DNA of 64,000 nucleotides from positions 704,001-768,000 of the forward strand of contig CAWGYD010000006.1 of the NCBI GenBank assembly GCA_963826785.1, written 5' to 3'. Under the pieces are notes generated by a model. That model saw only the letters and a list, made by a program, of their open reading frames with translations. It had not been told where the DNA came from and ran no database searches. The stretch comes from an uncultured delta proteobacterium. Its GTDB lineage: Bacteria; Desulfobacterota; Desulfobacteria; Desulfobacterales; Desulfosalsimonadaceae. The stretch's first letter is position 1, and each line of letters opens with the position of its first letter. The translations under genes were made by a program, and so were the position numbers. Shown piece by piece: positions 30,716-40,531 of the stretch.

Positions 30716-31063
30716 TCACCGTGAATGCCCGCATGCATTATCATGTATTGCCTTGGACAAGGCATCCTTTACCCATACATTAATGCTTTTTCCTTTTTTG
30801 CGGGCTTCAATGATGATGCTCTTATGAAGTTCGGGGTCCACACGTACCACAAATTTACCTGAATATGGTCTTTCGGGATCTTCACCACGTTCGGCGCAAA
30901 ATGCCAGGTAGTCGTCAACTGAATCGTGAAAGGCCTGCTTGAGTTCGCTTACGGTTTCACCTTCGAAAGTGATAACATCTCTTAAGTTGATCACTTCACC
31001 GTGAAAAATTTCGTCATCATCGTCAAATTCAACTTTTGCAAAATATCCCTTGTATTCCATCAT
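30716..31063 (-). CDS. hicB: HicB-family antitoxin
   Basis: MEYKGYFAKVEFD..FHGEV..SVDDYL..YSGKFVVRVDPELH. Confidence 0.92.
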   Translation of the reverse strand: MMEYKGYFAKVEFDDDDEIFHGEVINLRDVITFEGETVSELKQAFHDSVDDYLAFCAERGEDPERPYSGKFVVRVDPELHKSIIIEARKKGKSINVWVKDALSKAIHDNACGHSR

Positions 31064-31314
31064 GGTTTTACTCCCGATTCCACCAGGAATCTTCTTACGG
31101 ATCTGACAGAGGCTTTATTGGCTGTCGGGTGAGGGTGGGGCCTGTGAAAAACGGCACGAATCTCATTTAGCACTACCCGTACACGCGAACCTTTACCTTC
31201 AGTAATCTCGGCACCCAGTGCTATGAACAGGCCTTCAATATCATGCCACAGAATATCGGGGCGCTCCGGCTTTTCAAAAATTTTCTGTAACGTCTGCCGC
31301 TGCTTTCTGTTCAT
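31060..31314 (-). CDS. hicA: HicA-family toxin
   Basis: TLQKIFEKP..W.DIEGLFIALG..EGKGSRV..FHRPHP. Confidence 0.9.
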   Translation of the reverse strand: MNRKQRQTLQKIFEKPERPDILWHDIEGLFIALGAEITEGKGSRVRVVLNEIRAVFHRPHPHPTANKASVRSVRRFLVESGVKP

Positions 31315-31445
31315 GCATAAAATGATATCATTTATTAGTATCATGTCAACGAGATTCTTGAAAAAGTCAAATGGTGGACTTTTCACTTGGCTTAACTTGA
31401 CATCTGTGCCAAAAACCCATAATTTTTCATGGGTAAATCGGAATA

Positions 31446-31690
31446 ATGTCAAGGAAACCACGCATGAAGCATGATGAGTTCTTCAGAAGGCACCCCGTTT
31501 TCACAGGCGAGGAGTTGGCGATGCATCTCTCGGCCCATGGTGAGGTAGGGACGCGAGCACAGGAGGCAACGCTGGCTTACTATCGAAAAACCGGTCGGGT
31601 TGTCCGGGTGCGGCGAGGATTATATGCCGTCATCCCGGCAGGAGCTGATCCCGATTCATATCCGGTCGATCCTTTCCTCATAGCCGCAAC
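31446..31690 (+). pseudogene. Type IV TA AbiEi-family antitoxin, N-terminal fragment
   Basis: HPVFTGEEL..LAYYRKTGRVVRVRRGLY..VDPFLIAA, after which the sequence no longer looks family-like. Confidence 0.65.
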
Positions 31691-32010
31691 CCTTTTACTT
31701 TTTGGCCCCACGATGGGGGAACCCTTCACTTTTTTCCTTCTCAAAATTAACGATCTGAGCGGATTCGATTCTGTCCGGTGCGGCTCGAAATCGCCTCAAA
31801 TATTGTTTATAACGGCGGTGACGGATTGATGGACTTGGCTGTCTTTGACGGATACGCCCGCTTATAGACGGCGTTTTAATCAGGCGCGGCCGGGCCGATA
31901 TGCGAGGCACTTGATTCCTTCTTTCAGCAATGTTCTGAGCCTTTGGTCCTCTTTTAAAATTTCGATCAGCACCAATGCTGAATTATCAACACCCTCATCC
32001 GCGTTTCGGG

Positions 32011-32772
32011 TCAGAGTGGTGGGGTGGAAGAACTGCCTTCCTGCCGTTTGAAACTGTCGATCAGGGAATACACCCATGGCCTAAAGGCGATCAACAGGCC
32101 GGTGTTTCGGCTCTGGTCCGCGGGGAGGGTCTTGTCAATCTCGGTAAGGTCATTATATTCCTTGAGCAGGTGGTCGATTTTCTTGAGCATGAGCGCATGG
32201 GCCTTTCCGGAGAGCTTGCCCGTTTCAAACCGCAGCCGCTCGTCCGCCTGGTCGAAGGCCGTGCTTAAAAATTCGTCCTTGATGCGCGCCTCGTGCATCC
32301 GGGTAATGGGCCCGTTTTTCAGCCAGGCGATGTTTTTCTGGGTCAGCAGGCGGACCTTGTTGTCTGGATGCAGTTCGATCAGTTTCATCTTGTCCAATTC
32401 CAGCAGAAACTGGAGGGATTCTTCTTCTGATACCCGGTAGTCCCGGACAATGCTGTCGGGCTCCCGGCCGGTGACCAGCAGGTAAAAAAACACCAGGAGC
32501 TTGGGGTTTTCGGCGAGGGTGCTTTCCTGGGAAATCGTCAGTTGGCTCGGTCCGGCTTCGGCATTCAGGCTGAGTCTGGCCAGTTCATAGAAATTCACAT
32601 CCAGCAGATTGCAGATCTCCTCCAGCCGTTTTACGGAAAATGTCTGTTCGGAAAACAGGCGTTTGACGCTGGCTTCACTCAGGTTCAGTTCCCGGGCCAC
32701 ATGGCGGTAGGTCATTCCCTTGGCTTTGAGGCATTTTTTGATGGTATCGATCAGTTGGGCGGTCTGGCTCAT
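32011..32772 (-). CDS. XRE-family HTH transcriptional regulator
   Basis: LKAKGMTYRHVARELNLSEASVKRLFS. Confidence 0.85.
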   Translation of the reverse strand: MSQTAQLIDTIKKCLKAKGMTYRHVARELNLSEASVKRLFSEQTFSVKRLEEICNLLDVNFYELARLSLNAEAGPSQLTISQESTLAENPKLLVFFYLLVTGREPDSIVRDYRVSEEESLQFLLELDKMKLIELHPDNKVRLLTQKNIAWLKNGPITRMHEARIKDEFLSTAFDQADERLRFETGKLSGKAHALMLKKIDHLLKEYNDLTEIDKTLPADQSRNTGLLIAFRPWVYSLIDSFKRQEGSSSTPPL

Positions 32773-33223
32773 GGTAGATGTTCATCCTTTGAACAGGCGA
32801 TGTACAATGCATGAGGGTTCACTGCCGCGTGGAAAAGAGACGCCAGAGAACCGCCTGCAAAAATATTGTCTTAATTGATCGGGGTTTACAAATTAAAGTC
32901 TCAAACTGGCATGCATATTGTAAAAGAGAACCGGACAAAGGACGATTTTAATACATCGGGTATTATAATGCAATACGTAAAAAATTGGTATTGTGTGGCA
33001 TGCTCTTATATGAGATTTATTCGAACCGAACAGAATCCATCTGGAATCCACAGCGGCTGAACGAAAACCAGGATATCTGGTCAAGAACAAGGAAGGCGAA
33101 AATCTTAACCGAAAAAATATGTAAGGGTATTTTGAGGCGTAAAATTTTGGCCGGATGCAGATATTGAGCAAATAGAGAGTTTTGTTCAGCCACGACATAG
33201 CGCACGAGAAGAAGGGGACAACG

Positions 33224-34162
33224 ATGACCAAGGTAAAAACAGCAGCCGTATTTCCGGGGCAGGGGAGTCAGCGGCCCGGGATGGGCAAGGATTTTTATGA
33301 CAATATCCCGGTCAGCCGGGACACCTATGAAGCGGCCTCCGATGCACTGGGCTGGGATGTGGCGGCCCTTTGCTTCGGAAATGACGAGCGGATCAACCTG
33401 ACCGAATACGCGCAGCCCTGCATCCTGGCCACGGAGATCGCCATGTACCGGGGGCTTCAGGAAATGTACGGTTTCAGTGCGCAATATTTTGGTGGGCACA
33501 GCCTGGGCGAATACACGGCCCTGGTGGCGGCCGGCGCCATGGAGTTTGCGGATGCGCTGAAAACGGTTCAGCTCAGGGGCCGGCTGATGCAGGAAGCTTC
33601 CCCGCCCGGCGCAGGGGCCATGGCCGCAGTGATCACCGAGAACCTGGATGCCCGCATGATCCGAAGGGTGCTCGAAGGCCTCCCCATGGATGTGGCCAAC
33701 ATCAACTCCGCGGACCAGGTGGTGATCAGCGGGCAGGCCGACAGCATCGACATCGCTTCCGACCGGTTGAGAAAAGCAATGGATCCGGAAACACCTATGC
33801 GCATCGTCCCCTTAAATGTGTCCGCACCGTTTCACAGCCGTTTCATGGCCACCATCAGGGAAGCGTTTACCGATATTTTGAATTCAGTTTCTGCACGATT
33901 GGACGCCGACCTGGCCCGGCGCGTGACCTCCAATGTCACCGGCCGGTTCCATTCCGGCAATGTCAAGCAGGTCATCGAGGCGCTGGTCGCCCAGATCAGC
34001 AGCTCCGTCAACTGGCGGGACAACATGCAGGCCCTGTCTTCCAAAGCGGAAAAGATTTATGAAATCGGACCCAACCGGCCGCTCCGCAATTTTTTTACCA
34101 GCATCGGTGTGAACTGCCGGTCCATAACGACCTTATCCGCAGCCATGCGGGAATTCGCATAG
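33224..34162 (+). CDS. fabD: Malonyl-CoA:ACP transacylase
   Basis: FPGQGSQ, GHSLGEY, SAPFHS. Confidence 0.95.
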   Translation: MTKVKTAAVFPGQGSQRPGMGKDFYDNIPVSRDTYEAASDALGWDVAALCFGNDERINLTEYAQPCILATEIAMYRGLQEMYGFSAQYFGGHSLGEYTALVAAGAMEFADALKTVQLRGRLMQEASPPGAGAMAAVITENLDARMIRRVLEGLPMDVANINSADQVVISGQADSIDIASDRLRKAMDPETPMRIVPLNVSAPFHSRFMATIREAFTDILNSVSARLDADLARRVTSNVTGRFHSGNVKQVIEALVAQISSSVNWRDNMQALSSKAEKIYEIGPNRPLRNFFTSIGVNCRSITTLSAAMREFA

Positions 34163-34172
34163 GGAGGATACC

Positions 34173-35108
34173 ATGAACTTTCATCCCGGTTTCTGGTCCA
34201 TCATCATCGGCGGTTCCGGCGGATTCGGGCTGGCCGCTGCCAGAAAGCTTGCGGCCCACGGAATGAACCTGTGCCTGGTGCACCGGGACCGCCGGGCGGT
34301 CATGGCCAAAATTGCGCCGGAATTTGAGAAGCTGCAGACCTTCGGCGTCAAGATCCGCACCTTCAACCTGGACGGGCTTTCCGCCGACGGAAGAACAAGG
34401 GTGCTCGATGCCATGGCCGAAGCGCTCGGGGACACCGGAAAGGTCCGGATGATCCTGCATGCGGTGGCGTTCGGAAATCTGAAGCTGCTGGCGCCCTATG
34501 AAGATGCCGGTGCGGCCGCCCGCGCCCGGAAAAAACTGGCTGCGGAAACCGGCGTATCCGCCGAAGCCCTGCACGACCTCATCGAAAAATCATTTGATGA
34601 GGGCATGGCCGCCCTGCATACCCTGGCCGACCCGCCGGATTACGGGGGCCGACAGTTCCTGGATGAAGAAGATTTTTCCCGCACCATCCATGCCATGGGC
34701 TCCAATGTCGTGGAATGGGTGCAGGACGTGTTTGCCCGAAATCTGTTTGCACCCGACGCCCGGGTGCTCAGCCTCACCAGCCAGGGCAACCGCACGGCCT
34801 GGCGGGGGTATGCCGCGGTGTCCGCCGCAAAGAGCGTCCTGGAGTCGGTCTCCCGGTCCATGGCCGTGGAGTTTGCCCCCTACGGCATCCGTTCAAATGT
34901 CATCCAGGCGGGGGTCACGGACACCGCCGCCCTGCAGGCCATCCCGGGCAGCCGTCAGATCAAGGCCAGCACGGTCTTGAGAAATCCCTTCGGCCGCCTG
35001 ACGACTCCGGAGGATGTGGCCGATGTGATCTATCTGCTCTGTCTGGATGAAGCCGCCTGGATCAATGGCGCCCTGATCTGCGCCGATGGGGGAGAGAGCA
35101 TCGCGTAA
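34173..35108 (+). CDS. SDR, enoyl-ACP reductase (FabL/FabI-like) with an internal insertion
   Basis: GGSGGFG, YAAVSAAK, QAGVTDTAAL, NPFGRLTTPEDVA; fab-cluster context. Confidence 0.8.
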   Translation: MNFHPGFWSIIIGGSGGFGLAAARKLAAHGMNLCLVHRDRRAVMAKIAPEFEKLQTFGVKIRTFNLDGLSADGRTRVLDAMAEALGDTGKVRMILHAVAFGNLKLLAPYEDAGAAARARKKLAAETGVSAEALHDLIEKSFDEGMAALHTLADPPDYGGRQFLDEEDFSRTIHAMGSNVVEWVQDVFARNLFAPDARVLSLTSQGNRTAWRGYAAVSAAKSVLESVSRSMAVEFAPYGIRSNVIQAGVTDTAALQAIPGSRQIKASTVLRNPFGRLTTPEDVADVIYLLCLDEAAWINGALICADGGESIA

Positions 35109-35139
35109 GAAGATTTGATTGCCTCGCAGCATCCGGAGG

Positions 35140-35344
35140 AACACCCCCCTGCGCCCCCCTCAAGGGGGGAATAAAAAGGAGTACCCCTCCTTCGTCCCTT
35201 CAAGGGGAGAATCAAAAGGGGCGGGGAATTGCGTCTTCAAAAAAGCATATTTCACCGCATGGGAAATTCGTCCTAACAACATAAAATAACAAACCAATTT
35301 AAGTGAAGACCAATTCCCCCCTCGAGGGGGGCCGGGGGGGTGTT
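35140..35344. repeat. Inverted pair of C/G-tract REP-like palindromes (with an extra partial copy at ~35182-35212)
   Basis: AACACCCCCCTGCGCCCCCCTCAAGGGGGGAAT ... ATTCCCCCCTCGAGGGGGGCCGGGGGGGTGTT. Confidence 0.85.
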
Positions 35345-35422
35345 TTTCCAAAAATCGGCAAAAAACCGGATGATCGCTTCCCCAAATCCCTGGAAAAGGA
35401 AAATGAATAAAGGACCGCAATT

Positions 35423-36013
35423 ATGAAGTACGCCCAGTTCCGTCAGCAGAACGCCTTTGATTTCGAGCAGCTGCTGGCGTTTTCATACGGCCGGCTCATC
35501 GAAGACCCGCCAGCCGATTTTGATGCCAAGCTGCCGGCCCCGCCGTTTCTGATGATGGACCGGATTTTGTCCATCGATAAAAAAGGAAGCCGTGGCCGGG
35601 TTGTGGCCGAGCAGGATATCCGCCTGGATGCCTGGTATTTCCAGTGCCATTTTCCGGGGGACCCGGTTCAGCCCGGGTGCCTTTGCGTGGATGCCGTCTG
35701 GCAGCTGCTCGGTTTTTACTGTGTCTGGAGTGGCGGCCTGGGCGCAGGCCGTGCCCTGGGATGCGAGGAGATCGTTTTTAACGGTCAGATCCGGCCCCAT
35801 AATAAGGTCGCCCGGTTTGAGGTCGATATCGTCCGGTTCCAGGACCTGAAGCAGGCAGGGACAAGCATCGGGATCGCCGATGGCGCCGTGTTTATCGACA
35901 ACGAACAGATTATGACCATCAAGCGCGCCCGCACCGGCATCTTCAGGGAGATTACCTATAAAGACTATCCGATGCGCTCGCTAAACTCCGTGGGCGGCAT
36001 CAGCGAGAAATGA
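35423..36013 (+). CDS. fabA: 3-hydroxyacyl-ACP dehydratase/isomerase, FabA type
   Basis: LPAPPFLMMDRI, WYFQCHFPGDPVQPGCLCVDAVWQLLGF (His/Asp pair typical of FabA). Confidence 0.88.
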   Translation: MKYAQFRQQNAFDFEQLLAFSYGRLIEDPPADFDAKLPAPPFLMMDRILSIDKKGSRGRVVAEQDIRLDAWYFQCHFPGDPVQPGCLCVDAVWQLLGFYCVWSGGLGAGRALGCEEIVFNGQIRPHNKVARFEVDIVRFQDLKQAGTSIGIADGAVFIDNEQIMTIKRARTGIFREITYKDYPMRSLNSVGGISEK

Positions 36014-36030
36014 AAAACAAGCGGCGGCAG

Positions 36031-36148
36031 AACACCCCCCCTGGCCCCCCTCACAGGTGGGTTTTCCAAATGGAAACAAGCCTGGGGATGGACATCCTAT
36101 CTGACCCTCCCCAACTCATTCCCCCCTCGAGGGGGGCAGGGGGGTGTT
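36031..36148. repeat. Inverted pair of C/G-tract REP-like palindromes
   Basis: AACACCCCCCCTGGCCCCCCTCA ... ATTCCCCCCTCGAGGGGGGCAGGGGGGTGTT. Confidence 0.85.
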
Positions 36149-36197
36149 TCGTTGCCGCGAGTCGATAAAAATCCAATCCGGTCATGTGAGGTTTTAA

Positions 36198-36938
36198 ATG
36201 AATGCTACAAAAGAAAAACCCGTTGCCATCGTCACCGGCGGCGCCAAGGGGATCGGCGCGGCCTGCTGCCGGGCATTGTCCGAAAAGGGATTTACGGTGG
36301 GCATCCACTTTAACAGCAGCGCAACGCCCGCAGAGAAACTTCTTGCGGCCATCGGCGGCAACGGCTTTCTGCTCCAGGCGGACCTGGCCGATCCGGACCC
36401 GGTGGACCGGATGGTGCGTGAAATCAAGGCGCAGGCCGGCCGGGTGGATGTGCTGATCAACAATGCCGGCATGTGCATCAATGACATGATCCTGACCATG
36501 AAGATCGAGTCGTTCGATGCCCAGCGCACCGTGCTGCGGGGGGCCTGGTACCTGACCAAGAAAATCCTGCGCACCTTCATGCTCCGCCAGTCCCAGGGCC
36601 GGATCATCAACATCTCCAGCGTGGTGGGGCACACCGGCAATGCCGGCCAGATCCCCTATTCCATGGAAAAAGCAGCCATGGACGCCATGACCAAATCATT
36701 GGCCCGGGAACTTGCCGGTCGGAATATCCTGGTGAACTCCGTGGCCCCCGGTTTTATCGACACGGACATGACCGCCGAACTCCCGGAGGATATCCGGGCG
36801 GGAATTCTTCAGAGCATCCCCCTGGGCCGCATGGGCACCCCGGAGGAAGTGGCCGAGGTGGTGGGATTTCTGGCCGAGTGCGGCAGCTACATCAACGGCA
36901 GCGTTCTTCATGTCAACGGGGGAATGTATGGCGGCTGA
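36198..36938 (+). CDS. fabG: 3-oxoacyl-ACP reductase
   Basis: TGGAKGIG, NNAG, NISSVVG..GNAGQ..YSMEK, VAPGFIDTDMT. Confidence 0.92.
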   Translation: MNATKEKPVAIVTGGAKGIGAACCRALSEKGFTVGIHFNSSATPAEKLLAAIGGNGFLLQADLADPDPVDRMVREIKAQAGRVDVLINNAGMCINDMILTMKIESFDAQRTVLRGAWYLTKKILRTFMLRQSQGRIINISSVVGHTGNAGQIPYSMEKAAMDAMTKSLARELAGRNILVNSVAPGFIDTDMTAELPEDIRAGILQSIPLGRMGTPEEVAEVVGFLAECGSYINGSVLHVNGGMYGG

Positions 36939-37413
36939 TCAAAATATCGTTCAACAGGTGCTCGGCCTGGTTCCCCAGCAGCCGCCCTTTCGGTTCATTG
37001 ACGAGATTTTTGAAATCGATGAGCAGTCGATCACCGCAGGCTATCGATTCAGAAAAGACGAATCCTTTTATCCGGGCCATTTTCCGGGAAACCCCATCAC
37101 GCCCGGGGTGATCCTGGTCGAAACCATGGCCCAGACCGGCGTGGTCGCCCTGGGAATTTACCTGCTCCTGCGCCAGGGGCTTCCCGTCGAGGAAATCCGG
37201 CGGATTACCATGCTGTTTTCTTTTGCCGATGCCGTGGAGTTTACCGGGATCGTGCTGCCGGGCGAAAGCGTGGTCATTTCCGGAGAAAAACAGTACCTGC
37301 GCAAGGGAAATCTGAAAACAAAATGCAATATCCGGCGGGAGAACGGGGAGGCCGTGTGCAGCGCCACACTGACCGGCACCGGGATTATCAAATCCGCCAA
37401 GGAGTCGACATGA
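36928..37413 (+). CDS. fabZ: 3-hydroxyacyl-ACP dehydratase, FabZ type
   Basis: PQQPPFRFID, GHFPGNPITPGVILVETMAQ (His/Glu pair). Confidence 0.85.
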   Translation: MAADQNIVQQVLGLVPQQPPFRFIDEIFEIDEQSITAGYRFRKDESFYPGHFPGNPITPGVILVETMAQTGVVALGIYLLLRQGLPVEEIRRITMLFSFADAVEFTGIVLPGESVVISGEKQYLRKGNLKTKCNIRRENGEAVCSATLTGTGIIKSAKEST

Positions 37414-38681
37414 ATCAAAAACGAGTGGTTATCACCGGGATGGGGGTGGTCAGCCCCAACGGATGCGGACTGGATCAGTTTGAAAGCGCCCTGCGGGAAG
37501 GCCGGTCCGGCATCACCTTGATCCCGAAGCTGGAAAAACTCAACTTCGCCTGCCGGATCGGCGGAGTGCCCGGGGTGCTCAATGCCGCCGATTACGGCTT
37601 TAACGAGTCATTTCAGGCCTGCATGAACGACAATATCGGGTATGCGTCCGTGGCGGCCATGGAGGCCTGGCGCGACGCTGGCCTGGCCGTTGCCGGAGAG
37701 GACGGCGAAACCGACTGGGATTCGGGAACCATTTTCGGCTGCGGCATCTGCGGCATGGATACCATCGCCCAGATCATTCCCCTGGTCGATTCCGGAAAGG
37801 TCCGCCGCCTGGGATCCCAGGTGGTGGAGCGGGTGATGGGCAGCGGCATCAGCGCGCATATTGCCGGCCTGCTGGGGCTCGGAAACCAGGTGACCACCAA
37901 TTCATCGGCCTGCAGCACCGGAACCGAGGCGATCATCGATGCGGCCTTGCGCATCCGGGCGGGGCTTGCCCGGCGGATGGTGGCCGGCGGCGCAGAAGGG
38001 GCGTCTCCCTACAACTGGGGCGGCTTCGATTCCATGAGGGTGCTTTCCCGCAAGTTCAACGACGCCCCGGAAAAGGGTTCGCGGCCCATGAGCGCATCGG
38101 CCGGCGGCTTTGTGCCGGGTGCCGGGGCCGGCGCCCTGGTCCTGGAAGATCTGGAGACGGCGCAAAAACGCGGCGCCCGGATTTACGCGGAAATCAAGGG
38201 GGCGATGGTCAACTGCGGCGGGCAGCGCGGCGGCGGCTCCATGACCGCCCCGAACCCCGAAGGGGTGCGGCGCTGCATCCGGGGGGCATTGCATGACGCC
38301 GGGATCGGGGCAAAGGACATCGATCTGATCAGCGGGCATCTGACCGCAACCTTTGCGGACCCGCACGAGGTGATCAACTGGTCCGCGGCGCTGGACCGGG
38401 GACCGGACCGGTTTCCCCGTATCAACTCCACCAAATCGATGATTGGCCATTGCCTCGGCGCGGCCGGGGCCATCGAGACCGTGGCCGCCGTACTCGAACT
38501 TCACCGCGGATTTATCCATCCGTCCATCAACTGTGAAGATATCCACCCGGAAATCGAAGCGTTTAGCCATTGCGTCCCGCAAAAGCGCATGGATGCTCCG
38601 GAACTTAAAATCGCGGCCAAGGCCAGTTTCGGCTTCGGCGATGTCAACAGCTGTCTTATTTTAAAGAAGTGGGAAAGGTGA
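37410..38681 (+). CDS. Beta-ketoacyl-ACP synthase (FabF/FabB-like)
   Basis: VVITGMG, SACSTG, SGHLTAT, STKSMIGH, SFGFG. Confidence 0.92.
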   Translation: MNQKRVVITGMGVVSPNGCGLDQFESALREGRSGITLIPKLEKLNFACRIGGVPGVLNAADYGFNESFQACMNDNIGYASVAAMEAWRDAGLAVAGEDGETDWDSGTIFGCGICGMDTIAQIIPLVDSGKVRRLGSQVVERVMGSGISAHIAGLLGLGNQVTTNSSACSTGTEAIIDAALRIRAGLARRMVAGGAEGASPYNWGGFDSMRVLSRKFNDAPEKGSRPMSASAGGFVPGAGAGALVLEDLETAQKRGARIYAEIKGAMVNCGGQRGGGSMTAPNPEGVRRCIRGALHDAGIGAKDIDLISGHLTATFADPHEVINWSAALDRGPDRFPRINSTKSMIGHCLGAAGAIETVAAVLELHRGFIHPSINCEDIHPEIEAFSHCVPQKRMDAPELKIAAKASFGFGDVNSCLILKKWER

Positions 38682-38715
38682 CCGGGCCGGGTTTCATATA
38701 CGTGCCCCTTGGTAA

Positions 38716-38750
38716 AATCCCCCCCGCACCCCCTTTACGAAAGGGGGGAG
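38716..38750. repeat. Related C/G-tract REP-like palindrome
   Basis: AATCCCCCCCGCACCCCCTTTACGAAAGGGGGGAG. Confidence 0.7.
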
Positions 38751-38816
38751 AAATAGCAACACCAAAACGACTGAAGGTATATGGTTAAACAATTCAGAAT
38801 AAAGGAGTAACAACAG

Positions 38817-39074
38817 ATGGATACCAATGAAATCTTTGAAAAAGTAATCGAAATCATCCGGGCCTATGTCAAGGAACCGGAACGGCTGGAGAACGTGACC
38901 ATGGAAACCTCCATTATCAACGATCTTAAAGTCAACTCCGCCCGGCTGGTGGATATCATCATCAATTCCGAAGATGTTTTCGACATCGAGATCGATGACG
39001 ATGATGCCGACCAGATCCGGACCATCGGCGATGCGGTGCGGGTCGTCGAGCGCAAGAAGGTGGCGGCCCGGTAG
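38817..39074 (+). CDS. Acyl carrier protein (NSA variant of the DSL motif)
   Basis: DLKVNSARLVDIII..EDVFDIEIDD..IRTIGDAV. Confidence 0.9.
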   Translation: MDTNEIFEKVIEIIRAYVKEPERLENVTMETSIINDLKVNSARLVDIIINSEDVFDIEIDDDDADQIRTIGDAVRVVERKKVAAR

Positions 39075-39075
39075 C

Positions 39076-39816
39076 ATGGAGACGAAATCCCGCCGTTCCC
39101 TGCGTTTCCAGTATGCCATGGGGCGGGCGGCGGTCTTTATCGCCGCCCCCCTGGTTTTTCTGGCCATGAAAATCGCCGGATACCGGATCCGGGATCTGCG
39201 GCAGGTCCGGCAAAGGGTTCAAAAACTGATGGAGGGGCATCGGGGGCCCTGGCTGATCTGCGCCAATCATCTCACCCTGATCGATTCGGTGATCCTGGCC
39301 TATGCCATGTTCCCGGGATACCGCTACATGTTTCGCTATCAGCTGATGCCGTGGAACCTGCCGGAAAAGATGAACTTCAACCGCAGCAAGGCGGTCCGCA
39401 CGGCCTGCTACCTGAGCAAATGCATCCCGGTGGTGCGCGGCGGAGACCGCGGCGAGGTCAAAGCCACCCTGGAAAAGTGCGCTTTTTTGCTGTCTAAAGG
39501 CGAAAGCCTGATGATCTTTCCGGAAGGCACCCGGTCCAGAAGCGGGCGGGTCAATACCCGTGACTACCCCTACGGGGTGGGCCGCATGATCACCACCACT
39601 CCCGGCTGCCGGGTGATGTGCATTTATCTTCGGGGCGACGGACAGACCACCTACAGCAATTTTCCGAAATACCGGGAGAAATTTGATGTGCAGGTGGCGG
39701 AATGCCGGCCAAAGACCGCCTTCAGGGGGTTAAAAGCCCACCGGGAGTGTACCCGCCAGGTGATTTTGCAGCTTGCCGAAATGGAAAAGAATTATTTTGA
39801 ATCCCATCGGCAATGA
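39076..39816 (+). CDS. PlsC-like lysophospholipid acyltransferase
   Basis: NHLTLID (HX4D) and FPEGTRS. Confidence 0.9.
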   Translation: METKSRRSLRFQYAMGRAAVFIAAPLVFLAMKIAGYRIRDLRQVRQRVQKLMEGHRGPWLICANHLTLIDSVILAYAMFPGYRYMFRYQLMPWNLPEKMNFNRSKAVRTACYLSKCIPVVRGGDRGEVKATLEKCAFLLSKGESLMIFPEGTRSRSGRVNTRDYPYGVGRMITTTPGCRVMCIYLRGDGQTTYSNFPKYREKFDVQVAECRPKTAFRGLKAHRECTRQVILQLAEMEKNYFESHRQ

Positions 39817-40531
39817 CATCGTGGATGTAAAAGCGCCCGGAGCCGCGGGTAAAAGCGGGGATGTTCGCTTCCTGCGCCGGGTCCTTGGCCCTGATGAACA
39901 GCGGGCGGTGGCCGCCTCGGAAAATCCCGACCGGCTCCTGTGGGCATTCTGGGCCGCCAAGGAATCCGCCTACAAGGCCATCAGCAAAACTTTTCCGGGT
40001 ATCATATCCTCCCCCCTGCGCTATCCGGTCAACCTGGGTTTGCCGGATGCCGCAGGCGTCGTAAACGGAACGGTGCAAACCCCATGCGGTCCGGTGGCGG
40101 TGCGGATCCATCTGACTAAAGACCATGTTCACGGGATCGGGATGGTACAAGGATCAAAAAACCTGGATGATGTCGAGTGGGCCCTTGCGCAAATCCCGGC
40201 GGGTGAAATCGGCAGCCGATCAATATCTGAAACGGAATCTCAAATCGTGCGGAGGCTGGCCGGGCTGGGGATTGCAAAGCTCACAGGCCGCCCTTTCGAA
40301 GATATAGACATTATCCGGCAAAAATCACCCCTCGGTCCGGGACCGCCGGTTATCCGCTGCAAGGGCAAACCAATAGACATGGACATCAGTCTCAGCCATG
40401 ACGGTCGGTTCGTGGCCTGGGCGCTTTTATCGGGATTAGCTTCAATTCGGGGAGTACAACGTCATCGCATTAAAATCGGTACGCAGGGACACCCCCTGGC
40501 CCCCCTCGAGGGGGGAATAGTTAAATGCTAA
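39797..40531 (+). CDS. 4'-phosphopantetheinyl transferase
   Basis: IGNDIVD, WAAKESAYKA, ISLSHDG. Confidence 0.9.
   Translation: MNPIGNDIVDVKAPGAAGKSGDVRFLRRVLGPDEQRAVAASENPDRLLWAFWAAKESAYKAISKTFPGIISSPLRYPVNLGLPDAAGVVNGTVQTPCGPVAVRIHLTKDHVHGIGMVQGSKNLDDVEWALAQIPAGEIGSRSISETESQIVRRLAGLGIAKLTGRPFEDIDIIRQKSPLGPGPPVIRCKGKPIDMDISLSHDGRFVAWALLSGLASIRGVQRHRIKIGTQGHPLAPLEGGIVKC

Noticed and set aside
31700..31725. TTGGCCCCACGATGGGGGAACC as a tRNA-derived att site
   Set aside because: No cloverleaf or T-loop consensus and no matching copy in the window.
32907..32922. TGGCATGCATATTGTA as a sigma-54 promoter for the fab cluster
   Set aside because: The -12 GC is absent and the site is about 300 bp from fabD; too weak.
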